Origin: Eledone cirrhosa | Taxonomy: Eukaryota | NCBI GenBank assembly: GCA_964016885.1 | Contig: OZ024742.1 | Location: 270,878,001 to 270,942,000, forward strand | Direction: 5' to 3' | Length of the DNA stretch: 64,000 nt | Shown here: piece after piece, positions 12,681 through 26,080 of the stretch | Layout: each line of letters opens with the position of its first letter | Position numbering within the stretch: the stretch's first letter is position 1 | The notes under the pieces: generated by a model | Told to the model about the DNA's origin: nothing | What the model saw: only the letters and a program-made list of their open reading frames with translations | Databases searched by the model: none | Position numbers and translations under genes: made by a program

Positions 12681-14663
12681 ACATATGTAACATATTCTTT
12701 GTTCCCCGGTTCTAAGTGCCATTTCATGGTTTGTTATATCCCATTATTATTACAAAAACACTATTATTTAATCAGAAGTTTGGGTTTGTAGTCAGGAGTT
12801 TGATATTTCGAAATTTTCATATTTTTCAAGAAAAAGCACATTTAAAAAAAATGTATCAGTTCATATAATTAAATCAACAGAGTATATATTTATTTTATTA
12901 CACAAGCTTATCAAAAGCAAACAAGTAAAAACAGATAACACTTATAAAGCCACTTATACACGCCAGAAATGACTGGATTTCTTGGATTTGCGGTTGTAGT
13001 CCAGGTCGCATTGCCGCACTAGCCACCAGATATAGTCCCCCATCATTGTTTCATTGTAATGGCCCTGGTACCTCCGCTCTATGTCTTTCAAATCTTAGTG
13101 GAATCGTTCGCCTTGTTCTTTTGAGTAGGCGCACATATTGTTCTTGAATGTTTCCAGGTAAGTGTCCAGCATATGGAGTTTAAGCCATATCCTGCATCCC
13201 ATGGCGTCAACAGCCTTTATCAATCCTGCACCAGATGCTGGTAGTTTTCAGCTTTGTAGTTGCCCAGGAAGCCCTTAATAACTGCCTTGAAACAGTTCCA
13301 TGCTGTTCTCTCAATCCTATTCAGCTTATTGGAGAACTCGGTAGTTTAGAACACCTTTTTTATCTGAGGTCCAACAAAAATTCCCCCTTTTAGCCTCAGA
13401 TAATTTGGGGATGAACTCAAGAAGGTATTTCAAAGCGGCTGATTCTTCGTTGAGAGCCTTCACAAACTGTTTCATCAATCCCAACTTAATGTGCAGTGGC
13501 GGAATGAGCACAATCCTGCGATCAACCAGTAGCTCCCAGATGACGTTCCGGGTCCCAACTACAAATTCTGTTCGCTGCTCCCACTTCTTTCTATTGTAGT
13601 GGTCAGAGGTGGCTCTGCTGTCTCAAAGGCAGAGGAAGCATTGGAATTTGATAAAGCCTCCTTGGAGTCCAAGCAGAAAAGCCACCATCTTGAAGTCTCC
13701 AATGATTTCCCAATTGTGCTGGTTGTATTGCAGAGCTTCCAAGAGGACTTTCACACTCTAGTAATCTTCCTTCAGTCAGACTGAATGAGCTAGGGGCAGT
13801 GTCGGGAACTTGTTTCCATTGTGGAGGAGGACAGCCTTCAAACTTGTGGTCGAGCTGTCTATAAATAGCCGCCACTCCTTGAGCACAAACGGCACCCCAA
13901 TAACGTCAAACAGTCCAGACACGTCATGGCAGAAGCAGAAGCCATCCCTAAGAGTGTAAAAGCCTGAGAAAGGTTCGTGTCGACTTCTCTGACTTGTCAC
14001 CTGCACTTCCTCCTTGACCACGTTCCACTGTTTCATCCTGGAGACGAATAGGTTTGCATTGGACTTGGTCAGCCCCATATCCCTGACTAAGTCATTGACT
14101 TCTTTTTGGTTTGGGAAGTGAGGAACTTTTTTCTGGTACCTCAGGCAGATAGTCCAAGTCCCCTGAATCCATCTCCTTCTCTTCATCAGAATACTTGTGT
14201 TGGAAAATAAATTTGATATGCAATACAAAATAAATATTGGAAAGGGAAATATATATTTAAACAATATAAAAGAACACTAATCATACTAATGAAAATTCGT
14301 GCTTAAAACACAACTTACCCTTTATTCAGGGTTCGAAAATCCAGTATCAATAATCTTTAATCCACTTTTTACCAATTTTATACATTATTGCACTTTTAAA
14401 ATTTTCTTTAGGTATTACTCTTTATTTTATAATTTTAATTTAACCTGAAACATATATAAAAAAATAATTTAACAAGCAAATTAAACTTACATACAACGTA
14501 AAATCCAGCATACAAATAATTCTAGTGAATAGCTTAGAATTTTTACAAACCCAAACTTTTAACTGTTTAAAATAGCACTTTTTTATTTATTTAGGATCTA
14601 AGCAACACAAAAAAGTGATTATAAGCCAGGAACAGAGAAAATATATGTTTTTGTTACACGGTG
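12681..14663 (-). mobile_element. CMC/Chapaev3-like DNA transposon with disrupted transposase
   Basis: Motifs WRLFIDSSTTSLKAVLLHNGN, GDFKMVAFLLGLQGGF..CFLCL, PPLHIKLGLMKQFVKAL, EQGERFH. Imperfect TIRs: right end reads 5'-CACCGTGTAACA; subterminal aagtttgggtttgta / tacaaacccaaactt. Superfamily assigned from remembered motifs. Confidence 0.78.
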
Positions 14664-15815
14664 TTATACACACACTACTACATGTCTAGGCTAATATAGA
14701 CGGTAACATATAATTTATGCACTTCAAGTTAAATTCTACAACTTATTCATACACAACGTCAAAATAATAACAGTACATAGGTTCATAAATCTAATTACAC
14801 AAATACATACATTCTCACATATACACATATATACACATATATGTTTATACATAAATGAAAATAACGTTTCATAGTTAAGCAGGAACAGGTATGTACGATA
14901 TCATGTGTGGACACAAAAATATATCTTACATATTACCCCCCACTCCAGAGACTCGAGTGTCCATATATACATAGACATACATACAAACCCATAAACGCAT
15001 ACACAATCAAATATATACATCTACACATAGACTAATAGATTCACTTATATATGCCCAAAGTGAAAGATCTTGCAGTTGGTCAGAAGATCGCTCATTATAT
15101 GCAAACACATGCCTATACCTATTCAAATAATATGCTCGGGACAAATCATGGAAACCCACCTACATGTATATACACAATTACAACCCCCCCCCCCTAAAAT
15201 AGCCATACTAGTAGATTGAGATAAGAAAAACAGATAATAAATATATTTGAACCCAAACATACATATACACATGTCAGTAAGAATCATGTGTAGATATATT
15301 CATAAATTTCTCAATGCATATATGTATAAATACGCATACATTCATGTGCACATGTACTTAACATTCATATGCAAGAACATTATAGGAAGATTGTGTTCCC
15401 CTATAACATACACTACCGTATATAAATGCCACATATACACATGATATAGGTATCAATCTCAGATAATGTACAAGTATGATGGGAGTCATTCAAATCTATA
15501 CTTTACAATGTACTACTTCATGCCAAGGTATGCTGTCTGAGCAAGCTTAGCTGGAACAATGACAAAATATCAAACAAATACTTGATTACCAAAAACTATA
15601 CACATATAATAAACCTACATGCATATACATGTCAAAAAACACCTATGCATATTCACATACGCATGTGGATGCCAAATCAATGACGCACATGTAATCAACC
15701 ACGTATCTAAGTACACATATATAAGTGAAACACACACCAACACATAGATATGCATTCTTACATACATACACTCTACATATATGCACACACACATATACAC
15801 ACGTATGCAGATATG

Positions 15816-15857
<42 letters not shown>

Positions 15858-15898
15858 AAATGAAAATCCTAAGGCAAGGTAAAATTTCAATCATTTAA

Positions 15899-15972
15899 TC
15901 ACGACACATGTTTCAATAAGAGATAGATCACTTGTGAAGGCATGATCGATTATCACTGATCTCATCAGATGA
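15899..15972 (-). ncRNA. Hammerhead ribozyme in downstream pLTR
   Basis: tcat-CTGATGA-[long stem II]-GAAAC-atgt-GTC-gtga. Confidence 0.85.
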
Positions 15973-16540
15973 AAATGAATTGTCGTCAAATTCTTGATAT
16001 AAGGGAGAATAAATAACGATGTTCTCTCACAGAATTCATTCCCTTATATGGAGACACACCAGTCAGAGACACGGCAACTGCTATTAGCTTTATTTGATAA
16101 AAGTTTTCAGATTTCAGATTTCTATCGCTGCAAAATACGCTGGACAACAATCAAATATGTAGGGATACAGTCAGTCACAGTGAATGTGAGTGGGTATACA
16201 CACATTCCACACCCACATACACCGGCTCGAGGTCAAAGAAAAATACATACATATATATACACAAATTAACACAGTATTAAACCTGTAGAGTTAGTGTGGG
16301 TCGGTACACACACACTTTCACACACACCGAAGCGATGTCCGAGAAAAAACGAATATAAGAAAAACAATATAATAAAACAAATATAAGAATGTACCAACAC
16401 AGAACTCACCGAAAGTTAGTTCATAAAGCAACCGAAGCTATATTGGTGAAATCTCAATTTGACGATGTAAATTGGAAATATTGTGTTAACCAAAGTCCCA
16501 CACATACACACACACACAAACACACACACACACACACGCG

Positions 16541-16575
<35 letters not shown>

Positions 16576-16578
16576 GCG

Positions 16579-16621
<43 letters not shown>

Positions 16622-17449
16622 ACACACACAGCCACACACACTCACACACACACACGCAAGTAAGTTCAGTTCAGTGTTCTGCTATACGAGTATAGATCGA
16701 ATTGTAACATCCATATCTTCAAGTGAATGTTATGGTATATACACATCCGAATCCTCCAAAAAAGAGGTATGTCCGGGTATATACACATCCATGTGGAGAG
16801 CAAGCAATCAGCTCATGTCGAACTCAGTATGTACCGCTGTCCCATTGAGAATCAGAGTCACCAAATCCGTGCGTGCAAGCAACCTAATGTAGGCCACCAA
16901 AGAGCTCCATGTAGGGTTGGTTATTGGGTAAATGCGTTGGCAAGTGAGATTTCCCGTCATATGAGCCAATGAGCTTTAAGATAGTTGTTTGAGTGGTGGA
17001 GGTGTGTTATCCAACACAGAAGGTGAAGTAAAAAAACACAGGATAGTAAAATCCAAATGATGAGTCTAGGCCCATTAATGGTGTGTCAGTATCATTGTTC
17101 AATCTGTAACAGTGAATCCTCCATGGTTAGATGATCACGGATCAAAACCTGGTGTATTATTCAGTCGGTAGGAACGTGACAGTCGTAATTGTGGGAGCTC
17201 AATGTCTAAAGGAAACGGATACTGTGTGTAGAGTTATGCATAGAGAGCGTAATCGGTCCTAACTAAGTGTGTAATCAATCTAACTATTTACTAGCTAGGT
17301 ATTCTAAAAAAGAGCACTTAGCTGTGAGAATTCAGTGGAAACAGGCCGAGTATCGTGTGAAAGTACGCAAACAATCTTAGCCGTCTAAAAACCTAAGTGT
17401 GTGACTGTCTGTTTTTTGAGAGAACTCTATGTTTAAAGTAGAGAGGGAG

Positions 17450-20215
17450 GGGTTAGTGGTAGGTTATCTTCCAAAAATCCTGCGGAAAGTTTTCGAGATT
17501 CTATTTTGGTAGTTGCTGAAAAAATCTGCTCTCCTATTAATTAATAGGGGGCCGCCTCTAATAATATTAAAAGTTTCAGCTATACATAAATTGCAGACGC
17601 CAGTGCTGCCGTTATAAGGTTGGGCTGAGCAAACTATGGACCAGGATAAGGAGTGCTCTATATTCTGATGTTTAAGATTCCAGACTAATTCCGAAAGTGC
17701 CGTGCTATTTTTGTATCTAATCTATTAAAGGTATGGCGGTGATTATACCATATACCCTTAAATTCCGTGGCAGTTGCCCCAACATTCCTAAAGGTTCTAT
17801 CAGGAGTGGAGACCTTATAGTCGTAGACTATGTTTTTGGTTAGGCATTTCCCAGCCATAGGGCAGGTGGCGGTGCTTCTGCAGTTACATTTTTTGCTATC
17901 GACCTGGGTAGTTCCAGATGGACCACGGTACATTTGGGGTCGGGTCTCAGTTCCATTCTGCTCTATGGGTAAATTCCCTGGTGTTGGGGAGACCCGACTC
18001 GCCTCACGTGTATGAGTTAGTTCCTCAATAGAGCTGCCATTGTTCCTGCCATGCCTAATTCCCTCATGAGCTGTCCTATGTCTACTGTAATTCATCTTAG
18101 CTATATTCTGAGCTATGTTACTAGTTGTGGAGAAGGACAGCTTGATGGTATTTCTATTGAATATTTTATAATATCTGTGCGATCTAGGGAAGCATTTGTC
18201 TAAGGCCCTAAAGAAAAGCTTAGCTATACTAGTGGTCAGGCCAGTGGAGTAAGGGATATTATACCACACGACTTTTCTGGTCCGATGCCTTCTGTTCCGA
18301 CTAACTATATTAGAATTACCTGTCTCCCTAGTAGTTACTGGTCTATTGTAACTGGAAATTGCCTGTGGGTCGATGGTGTCCTGGGGTGTCACGATTGTGT
18401 TCGAAATCATCCCAAGTCTCCAGGGCGGTGTACCCCCCGTGCGGCCATTGGGATTACCGTCGATAGCCGGGGTTGTATCCACTATGCGTCTGCTACACCT
18501 GTCCCTATTCCCCTTACTCGATCCTCGTTCCATAATGCGTTCAACAGTAGTTTTATTGGTACCACAATTAAGGTTACCAATAGAGTTTCCGATGGCGTTA
18601 CGTTGCTCAGAAACAGTGTTAGTACTTGGGTGGTTGTTTCTATTGGTACCAACAGCATTGGGACTAGGCGGTAGTACAATATGAAGACTATATAAATCCT
18701 CCCTCGTATCACGCCTGCTGTTAACTAGAGTGTCACTATTTAGGCCTAAGCTATCGCAGGCAATGTTGCTTCTATTATTTAATGGACGTTTGAATCAGAT
18801 TCCCTTGCTATGGCCCGCGCGTTCCAGGGCGCTATTATAGTAATTCGAGATCTTATTAAAGGTATCTTCATTGGAGGATAGTCCTGAAATTCTAAGAGAG
18901 AAGCTTTTAGTAATACCGTTAGTGACTATTCTAGGGTGGTTCGATTTTGCGTTGACATAGTTTAGATTCTCGTTGGGTTTGTTGTAAGGTTGGAAGAGTC
19001 CTGAATTGAGGTTAAGTGTAACATCTAGAAAATTAACTATCTTTAAATTCTCTTCAAATAATATACTTAGGTCTATGTTCTTGAAGAATGTCCTAAGTTT
19101 TTTCCTCACCCTCTCTAACATACTATTATTATAGAACGAAACAGTAAACTAGACGTCGTCACGGTAAGCGTCGCCTTCCAGGTGGGGCATTTCCACTCCG
19201 AGACAGTCAAGGAGGTAAAGGCCCACCAGATCCGTCACCTGGGCCGAGTCCGTGGATCCCATGGCGATGTCGAAATTGTCTGGCCAATCCTTCCTGGTCC
19301 AGAGGTCACCGTTGAATTCAATTAAGGTTTTCCTAGCTAGGAGAATAATGCTAATTTCCTCGGATGTAAGGTCGGTGTGTAAACTAACAAAGTTAAGGGC
19401 CCTACCTAGAAGAGTTGGAGAGATTGAAGAATAGTAATTAGAGATATCGAACTGTATAAACTCAGTGCTATTCTTATTCTGCGATTTCTCAAGCCAGTTA
19501 ATTACCTCACTACTTCCTGACCACAACTTGAGCTTCGATCTCCTAACTAGAGTGGGGATTATTTTATCAAGGATGGTTTTACTTACGATTCCTATGACCC
19601 GACTTCGAAGGTTCTATCAGCCTTACAGGTCTTAATGATTCAAAGTTAAATTTGTGGTACTTCAGCAAAATCCTCGGGGTTCTAGGATGGAAGGTTCGGT
19701 TTTATCCTCAATACCCAGTTTAATGATGACGCTATTGGCCTCCGTGTTAATTAAATCCAGGTTGGCCCGTGTAGTTTTTCTGTAGCTTTTCCTAAGTTCT
19801 CTAGTTATCAAATCATCATAAGTTACTCTATCCATATCGTACAGGTTGTTAGTCTTGTCTGCGTCCACCAACATGCCGGTCGAGTTCTTTAATTTTACTA
19901 AATCACCATTCAGTCGTCTGAGGTATCTTTTTCTCCTGAGTGGGTTTTTCGTAAACTTAAGGTTGTACACTATGTTAGACATTTCAGTCTCGAATTCTTC
20001 GAAGTATTTATTGTGTGGTAGATTTCTTCTGGATTTGAATATTTCCTCGATGCCGCGCGTTCCCTCCCTGGGGTAGTTTGTTGGTTTTCCTCTGTCGAAG
20101 TGGAAGGACTTCCAACGCATTCTACGGACAAAAGAATCCGATTTACCTATGGCCAACCTTGTGAATTATTTTATGTTGGGCAAAGGGATGTCCTTAAGTG
20201 AAGTGTTCACCGAGA
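17450..20215 (-). pseudogene. PLE reverse transcriptase / GIY-YIG endonuclease, frameshifted
   Basis: SLKDIPLP, RRMRWK, ADKTNNLY, FIQFDISNYYSSI, MGSTDSAQVTDLVGLYLL, YRDD, VNFLDVTLNL, WYNIPYS, CNC..CP..GKCL..NIVY..VGAT..F...WYNH, CNLC. Confidence 0.93.
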
Positions 20216-20462
20216 ATTTCTTTATTATATTACTTGCTTAACAGCATTAAGTGCTCAACAAAAATAGGAGCCTTAAGTTGTTATAGAGTAAGGTGCATTA
20301 TTGGTTGTGTAAAATGGTCCAATAATTTTATGTTAGCAATATTAAATTCTCCACGCTTTTGTATATCTCCAATTCCATTCAAGGGAACATCTAGATGATG
20401 TAAAACGGAGTATAAGTATCAAAATGAAAATCCGAAGGCAAGATAAAATTCCAATCATTTAA

Positions 20463-20536
20463 TCACGACACATGTTTCAATAAGAGATAGATCGATTGTG
20501 AAGCCATGATTGATTATCACTGATCTCATCAGGTGA
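20463..20536 (-). ncRNA. Hammerhead ribozyme in upstream pLTR
   Basis: tcac-CTGATGA-[stem II]-GAAAC-atgt-GTC-gtga; perfect 4-bp stem I. Confidence 0.88.
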
Positions 20537-21053
20537 AAATTCTTCAAATTCTTTAAATTCTTGATATGAGGGAGAAAAAATAACGATGTTCTCTCACAGA
20601 ATTCATTCCCTCATATGGAGACACCCCAGTCAGAAACACGGCGACTGCTATTAGCTTCAGTTGAGGTCATAAATGTTTTCAGATTTCTATCGCTGCAAAA
20701 GGGGCTGGACATCAATCAAATCTGTAGGGATACAGTCAGTCACAGTGAATATGAGTGGGTATACACACATTCCACACCCACATACACCGGCCCAAAGTCA
20801 AAGAAATATGCATACATATATATATACACACATCAACACGGTATTAAACCTGTAGAGTTGTGTGTGTAGGTACACACACACTTTCACACACACTGAAGCG
20901 ATGTCCGAGAAAAAACAAATATAAGAAAACAAATATAATTAAACAAATATAAGAATGTACCAACACAGCACTCACCGAAAGTTAGTTCACAAAGCAACAG
21001 AAACTATATTGGTCAAATCTCAATTTGACGATGTAAATTGGAAATATTGGGTT

Positions 21054-21345
21054 AACAAACATCCCGTATTAAGCCGTTCAATCATCTGGCAGGAAGGTAT
21101 ACGTTGCTGACGATAGCTAATAAGCTTGAAACTAGTACAGCGTTCCTTTGACAGTGTTGAACAAACGAGCAACGATGGTTGCCAGACAGTACGACTTAAT
21201 ACGGGATGTTTGTTTACAAACACACCGAGCATTATAATAAATGTTCGGTGAATCCATACGTACATATATATATGTGTGCATATATATACACACTACTGTA
21301 CGTCCGTATACATATATGTATGTACGTATACATACTTATATATAT
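21054..21345 (+). mobile_element. Partial retrozyme-like copy with hammerhead at 21102-21142
   Basis: cgttg-CTGACGA..GAAAC-ta-GTA-cagcg; downstream sequence homologous to 6208-6425. Confidence 0.82.
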
Positions 21346-21360
21346 ATATATATGTATATA

Positions 21361-21538
21361 TAGGAAACGTTTTGATCCCGACGGCAGATCTCATGCCGTT
21401 TCGACGGCTATTTCTCAGAAGTGGCTTGAGCTCTGCCGTCGGGGTGAAACATTTTTCTATTACCCACTCTACTACAACAAGTATTGAGTAATCTGGTGCG
21501 TTATGGTCCATCTGGTTCCTTACCACACCTCCTTCGTT
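21361..21538 (+). repeat. Family H element, copy 3
   Basis: Hairpin plus conserved tail, between TA tracts. Confidence 0.85.
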
Positions 21539-21572
21539 ATATATATATATATATATAATATATATATTTATT

Positions 21573-21697
<125 letters not shown>

Positions 21698-21792
21698 GTG
21701 GAACACTGGAAGGTAATATCCGTAGTGGTAGAGCACTCAGTCCAAGGGACGAGTTAGGTAGAAGTGGTTACACAACAGTTAGTTCACCATAC

Positions 21793-21830
21793 CGAGAACA
21801 ATTGTTTCACCTTCGCGGATCTTCAGCTCG
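21793..21830 (-). ncRNA. Minimal type I hammerhead within a ~140-bp insert between TA tracts
   Basis: cgag-CTGAAGA-tcc gcgaa ggt-GAAAC-aatt-GTT-ctcg. Confidence 0.75.
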
Positions 21831-22880
21831 TGATATATATGGTTATATATATATACATGTATACATGTGTGCGTGTGTGTGTATTTGAATTTCATATATC
21901 TAAAGAAATATGGTATGACAGACACCGACAGCTAACGCCACACAGTGGTGCTCGGCAGAGACAAGGGGACAATGGATGATACATTTCGAACTCGACGGAT
22001 TCTCGTCAAGACGATGTCTCCCGCTCTTGCAACTGTCGGACATTGAAAACAGGCGAAAACCTATATATTTTCCCCTGTTTTCAATGATATAGGCTGGTAT
22101 TTATATATTTTCTGGTGGCGGGGGAAGGTGATGAGTGGGATGGGTGGACGTCATTGGCTGGTGTATTCAAAGAATGGATGATCTTTGAAAAAAACTATAC
22201 TTAGAGAAAAATACATAGTGACACAGAATGTTACAAATGCAGGCACTCCTATATATTTAGGAGGGAAAGGATATGTAAGCAGCAGCACACAGTTCTGTGG
22301 TTAGTAACCTAGAGAAAGGAGATGCACAAAAATAGTTAATACCAAGCCACCGGAGGAAAGTTCAGAAACCATATTAAAAACAATAGCGATTGGATAAAAA
22401 AATGTGCGACTGGTGAGTTTGAGGGTCATCGTGAAAAAAAAAACATGTAGACCGGACGTTGAGTAGGTGAAATAGCCAGAGAGATGGGAAGGTTGTAAAA
22501 TAGCAGAATGACAGGGGAGGAATGAGATTGATACGAAGAGAGAAAGAGAATCAGGTAACGAAAGAGACAAAAGCACGGGACGTTACTGCAGTAAAATAGG
22601 GTAGAATTAAAAAGAAGAGAGATGTTGTGTGGTTACCAATAAAAGTTATCTGTGAAAACACTGATGACACAAACACAAGAACAATTCCCACTGATCTACT
22701 GTCTTCTGTGAATCGCTAAAGTTTTGAACGCAATAAAAACACGACTTTTCACCACAGTGTGTTAGTAGCTAAATCCGGGAAGTTCCACATCGGAAAACGG
22801 AAAAAGAGGACAAAATAAACTTACAAATAATTAAATAAAGAAATAAAGAAAAACATAGCAACATAAAATGGGAAAGTATG

Positions 22881-22960
<80 letters not shown>

Positions 22961-23098
22961 AAAGATACTATTTATAGTTATGTATATACTATACTATAAA
23001 TAACTGTAAACAGGAAAGGTCAGTAATGTATTACTACCTTATTACCAGTAAGAGAAATAGCTCAATGTAAGAACATCAGGTGTTTTACAGAGGAGGAA

Positions 23099-23863
23099 TA
23101 TAAATTATACAAGTATCAAACTTATGTTCAAATCATTTAATCGCTGACAACTGTTTTTTCCAATCTTTCGTCTATCAGAGCAAAGAATTTAAATATTATA
23201 ATGAGCTAGTTACCTCCCCTTACGCATTAGCTCCCCTTAATTCTATATCCACTTCCGCATATTAAACCGTTCAAAAATCTCGCTGTAGAACAACTCTAAT
23301 CCATGAATCCATACGATAAGACCAAGTTACAATCCATTACTATAACTAACTAAAAACATTCAATACAGACATTAACTAAAATATAACTTAACATATGTAA
23401 TGTGTGGGAAATCAGTAACATTCATATTCTACACACATACACATTTGAACTATACAGAAACTATCATCGCTGCCCATATATATGACTAACGCATATACAA
23501 TCTCTACACGCTTGAATATGTACTTCTTTCTCAATGCTTCTTTAATTATTAGACTATTTAATTGTATTATCTCTCGCATGTATTCCACTCTGTGCTTTTA
23601 ATTTTAATTTTAATTTTAATTTTAATCTTAATTTGAATTATTGTACAATTCTCGTATAATATATGTCGCATCCATTGCAATCTATATATACTAAACTGTT
23701 GTTCACTACATCAATATATATGTATCTATATGATTCTTCAGTTGAATAGGGGGTTTATATTATATGTACAAACATTGATAATGCTCCGATAACTCCAAAC
23801 TAAGTTTGGAAGAAACAATTGTCAGCGATTAAATGATTTGAACATAACTTTGATACTTGTGAA

Positions 23864-23870
<7 letters not shown>
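23099..23870. mobile_element. Inverted ~85-bp arms with degenerate hammerheads around ~600 bp of AT-rich spacer
   Basis: 23099-23182 versus 23782-23870. Plus-strand copy: tgct-CCGATAA-ctccaaac taa gtttggaa-GAAAC-aatt-GTC-agcg (core mutated). Confidence 0.7.
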
Positions 23871-23919
<49 letters not shown>

Positions 23920-23923
<4 letters not shown>

Positions 23924-24045
23924 GAAGGCGTGTGGCTGAGTGGTTAAAGAATTTGATTCGCAAACGTGAGGTTGGACCGGGCTATGCGTTATGTCCTTGA
24001 GCAAGACACTTTATTTCACGTTACTCCTTCTACCTGGAGTTGCAA
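23920..24045 (+). mobile_element. Second tRNA-derived SINE fragment
   Basis: A-box TGGCTGAGTGG followed by tgtccttgagcaagacactt, a common SINE central-domain motif. Confidence 0.6.
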
Positions 24046-24124
24046 CCGATAGATAGTATTAGCAATTGGAAAGCCCAATGGAACCATTGTTTCCTCGGTC
24101 CGATTTGACGGATGTCGATCGTTC

Positions 24125-24173
<49 letters not shown>

Positions 24174-24240
24174 TACATTATAAATATATATATATATTCA
24201 TTATATATATATATATATACATGCATATACATATGTATAT

Positions 24241-24303
<63 letters not shown>

Positions 24304-24389
24304 GTTGCAGGTGAGTTTTATTGTAGCACAATAAAGCAATGCAAATATCGGATAAGTAGCACTCTACGGTTTGTAGGACTGGAGTATAA

Positions 24390-25580
24390 ATAATATAAGA
24401 TCAAAAGATGGTTAAAAGAGTATTTTATTATGCGCATTTCATTATGCGCATTTCAAAAACAAATATCATCATGGGATGAGATCTGCGTTCTCATCAGATA
24501 AAATAGGGAGACACGGTATGAAGCTTAAAAACCACTTGTGAATAGTGAAGTTTTAAATCAACATATGAAAAATAAATTAAGATTGATGTATGAGATTTGG
24601 AAAAAGTGATGGGTGGTTGGAAAATGTAAGGAAGAGGAAAAAATGAGAGTGAAGGATGGTGGGGGAGGAGTATAAGAAGGAAGGATGAGAGAAGAGGAGA
24701 GATGGGTGATAGAGAGAGAGAGTGAGAGATAGCCTTTACAACTGAAAAAAATATATTGTCTCACAGAGAGAAATGAAAAAGCCGTTGGAAAATAATAGAT
24801 AATTTAAAAGATTTTGAAATTAAAAGTTAATGAGGTTTATGCATGAAGAACAAGAAATTAAGAATAGTATTAAATTAAGGTGCGTATATTGAAGGGTTTA
24901 ATAATATGTGCGAGGAAAAGAATTTATTTATATGTATTATTAAAATTAAAATATTAATGATAGTTGGATATAATGTGAAAAGAAGGAGAAGAATGAATGA
25001 GTTATGAATTTAGAGGAATTAGTTAGGGTTTAAGTTTGTTTTTATGTAATGTAATATGTGTACGTAAATAGTTTGTTTAAAATGAGCGCGGAAGGAAAGA
25101 AGAAAAGAATGTTTAAGGAAGAAAATATCTAACATCAAAAAGTATATATGCTTACGAAATATTTTCTAATGGTAATAATATAATATATTAAAAGAAATTA
25201 GTTAGGGCTTAAGTTTGTCTTTAATTTCTCTCTGTGAAACAATATATTTTTTTCAGTTGTAAAGGCTATCTCTCTCTCTCTATCACCAATTTCTCCTCCT
25301 ATCTCATCCTTCCTTCTTATAGTCTTATCCCACCATCCTTTACTCTCATGTCTTCCTCTTCCTGACATTTTCCAACGCCTCCTCACTTTTTCCCAATCTC
25401 ATCTTAATTTATTTTTCATATGTTGATTTAAAACTTCACTATTCACAAGTGTTTTTTAAGCTTCATATCATGTGTCCCTATTTTATCTGATGAGAACGCA
25501 GATATCATCCCATGATGATATTTGTTTTTGAAATGCGCATAATAAAATACTTGGAACTCTTTTAACCATCTTTTCATCTC

Positions 25581-25590
<10 letters not shown>
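24390..25590. mobile_element. Element with ~370-380-bp inverted arms, each ending in a hammerhead
   Basis: 24390-24775 versus ~25222-25590. Plus-strand HHR at 25479-25549: tattttat-CTGATGA..GAAA-tgcgca-TA-ataaaata. Minus-strand HHR at 24421-24505 carries a 14-nt duplication. Confidence 0.85.
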
Positions 25591-25625
<35 letters not shown>

Positions 25626-26080
25626 AAGTGAGTCCTTCATCAGTGACCCTCCAACCGTCCTGGGCATTTCATCGCTTTAAGGGCCATATGCCTCGGGTTG
25701 GTGCGAACAACGGCTAAAAAAAGTCGTTGGTACACGTAAATAAAGGGGGACGCCAGAGTAACAACAAAAAAGTTTTAGCAACGGAAAGTGAGTAGAAATA
25801 GACAAGTCCCAGATCTCTATGAATATAAACTCTGTGAAATCGTGAACAAGAGACAAAAGACCATCAAACCTGGTTGAAATGTGAGCAAGGAAAGAATTTC
25901 GCCCAAGTTTGACGGGGGGAAAAAAGAGAGAGAGAAAAAGGAGAGAAGAGGAAGAAGAAGAAGAAGAAGAAGAAGAAGAAGAAGAAGAAGAAGAAGATAA
26001 AGGGGTCTGTTCCACGAATTCAGTAAACGTAAGTTTTGTGAAGTCGCAGACGAAAGAGAGAGAGAAAAAAATTCCATATA

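Larger units (their letters stand above)
15853..21056 (-). mobile_element. Near-complete Penelope-like element (Naiad-like) with ~640-bp direct pLTRs
   Basis: Direct repeats at 15853-16490 and 20417-21056 flank a disrupted RT plus GIY-YIG ORF; each repeat holds a hammerhead. Confidence 0.93.

Noticed and set aside
17580-17900. Selenocysteine recoding, reported for some Naiad PLEs
   Set aside because: The conserved CxC, CP, CL and CxxC cysteines are ordinary TGY codons; the TGA near 38279 in another remnant is better explained by a frameshift.
22655-22725. CTGATGA motif
   Set aside because: Downstream box reads GAAT and the stems are weak.
21941-22760. CACAGTGG / CACTGTGG ends resembling Transib TIRs or RSS heptamers
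   Set aside because: Only ~10 nt match, no TSD and no transposase.
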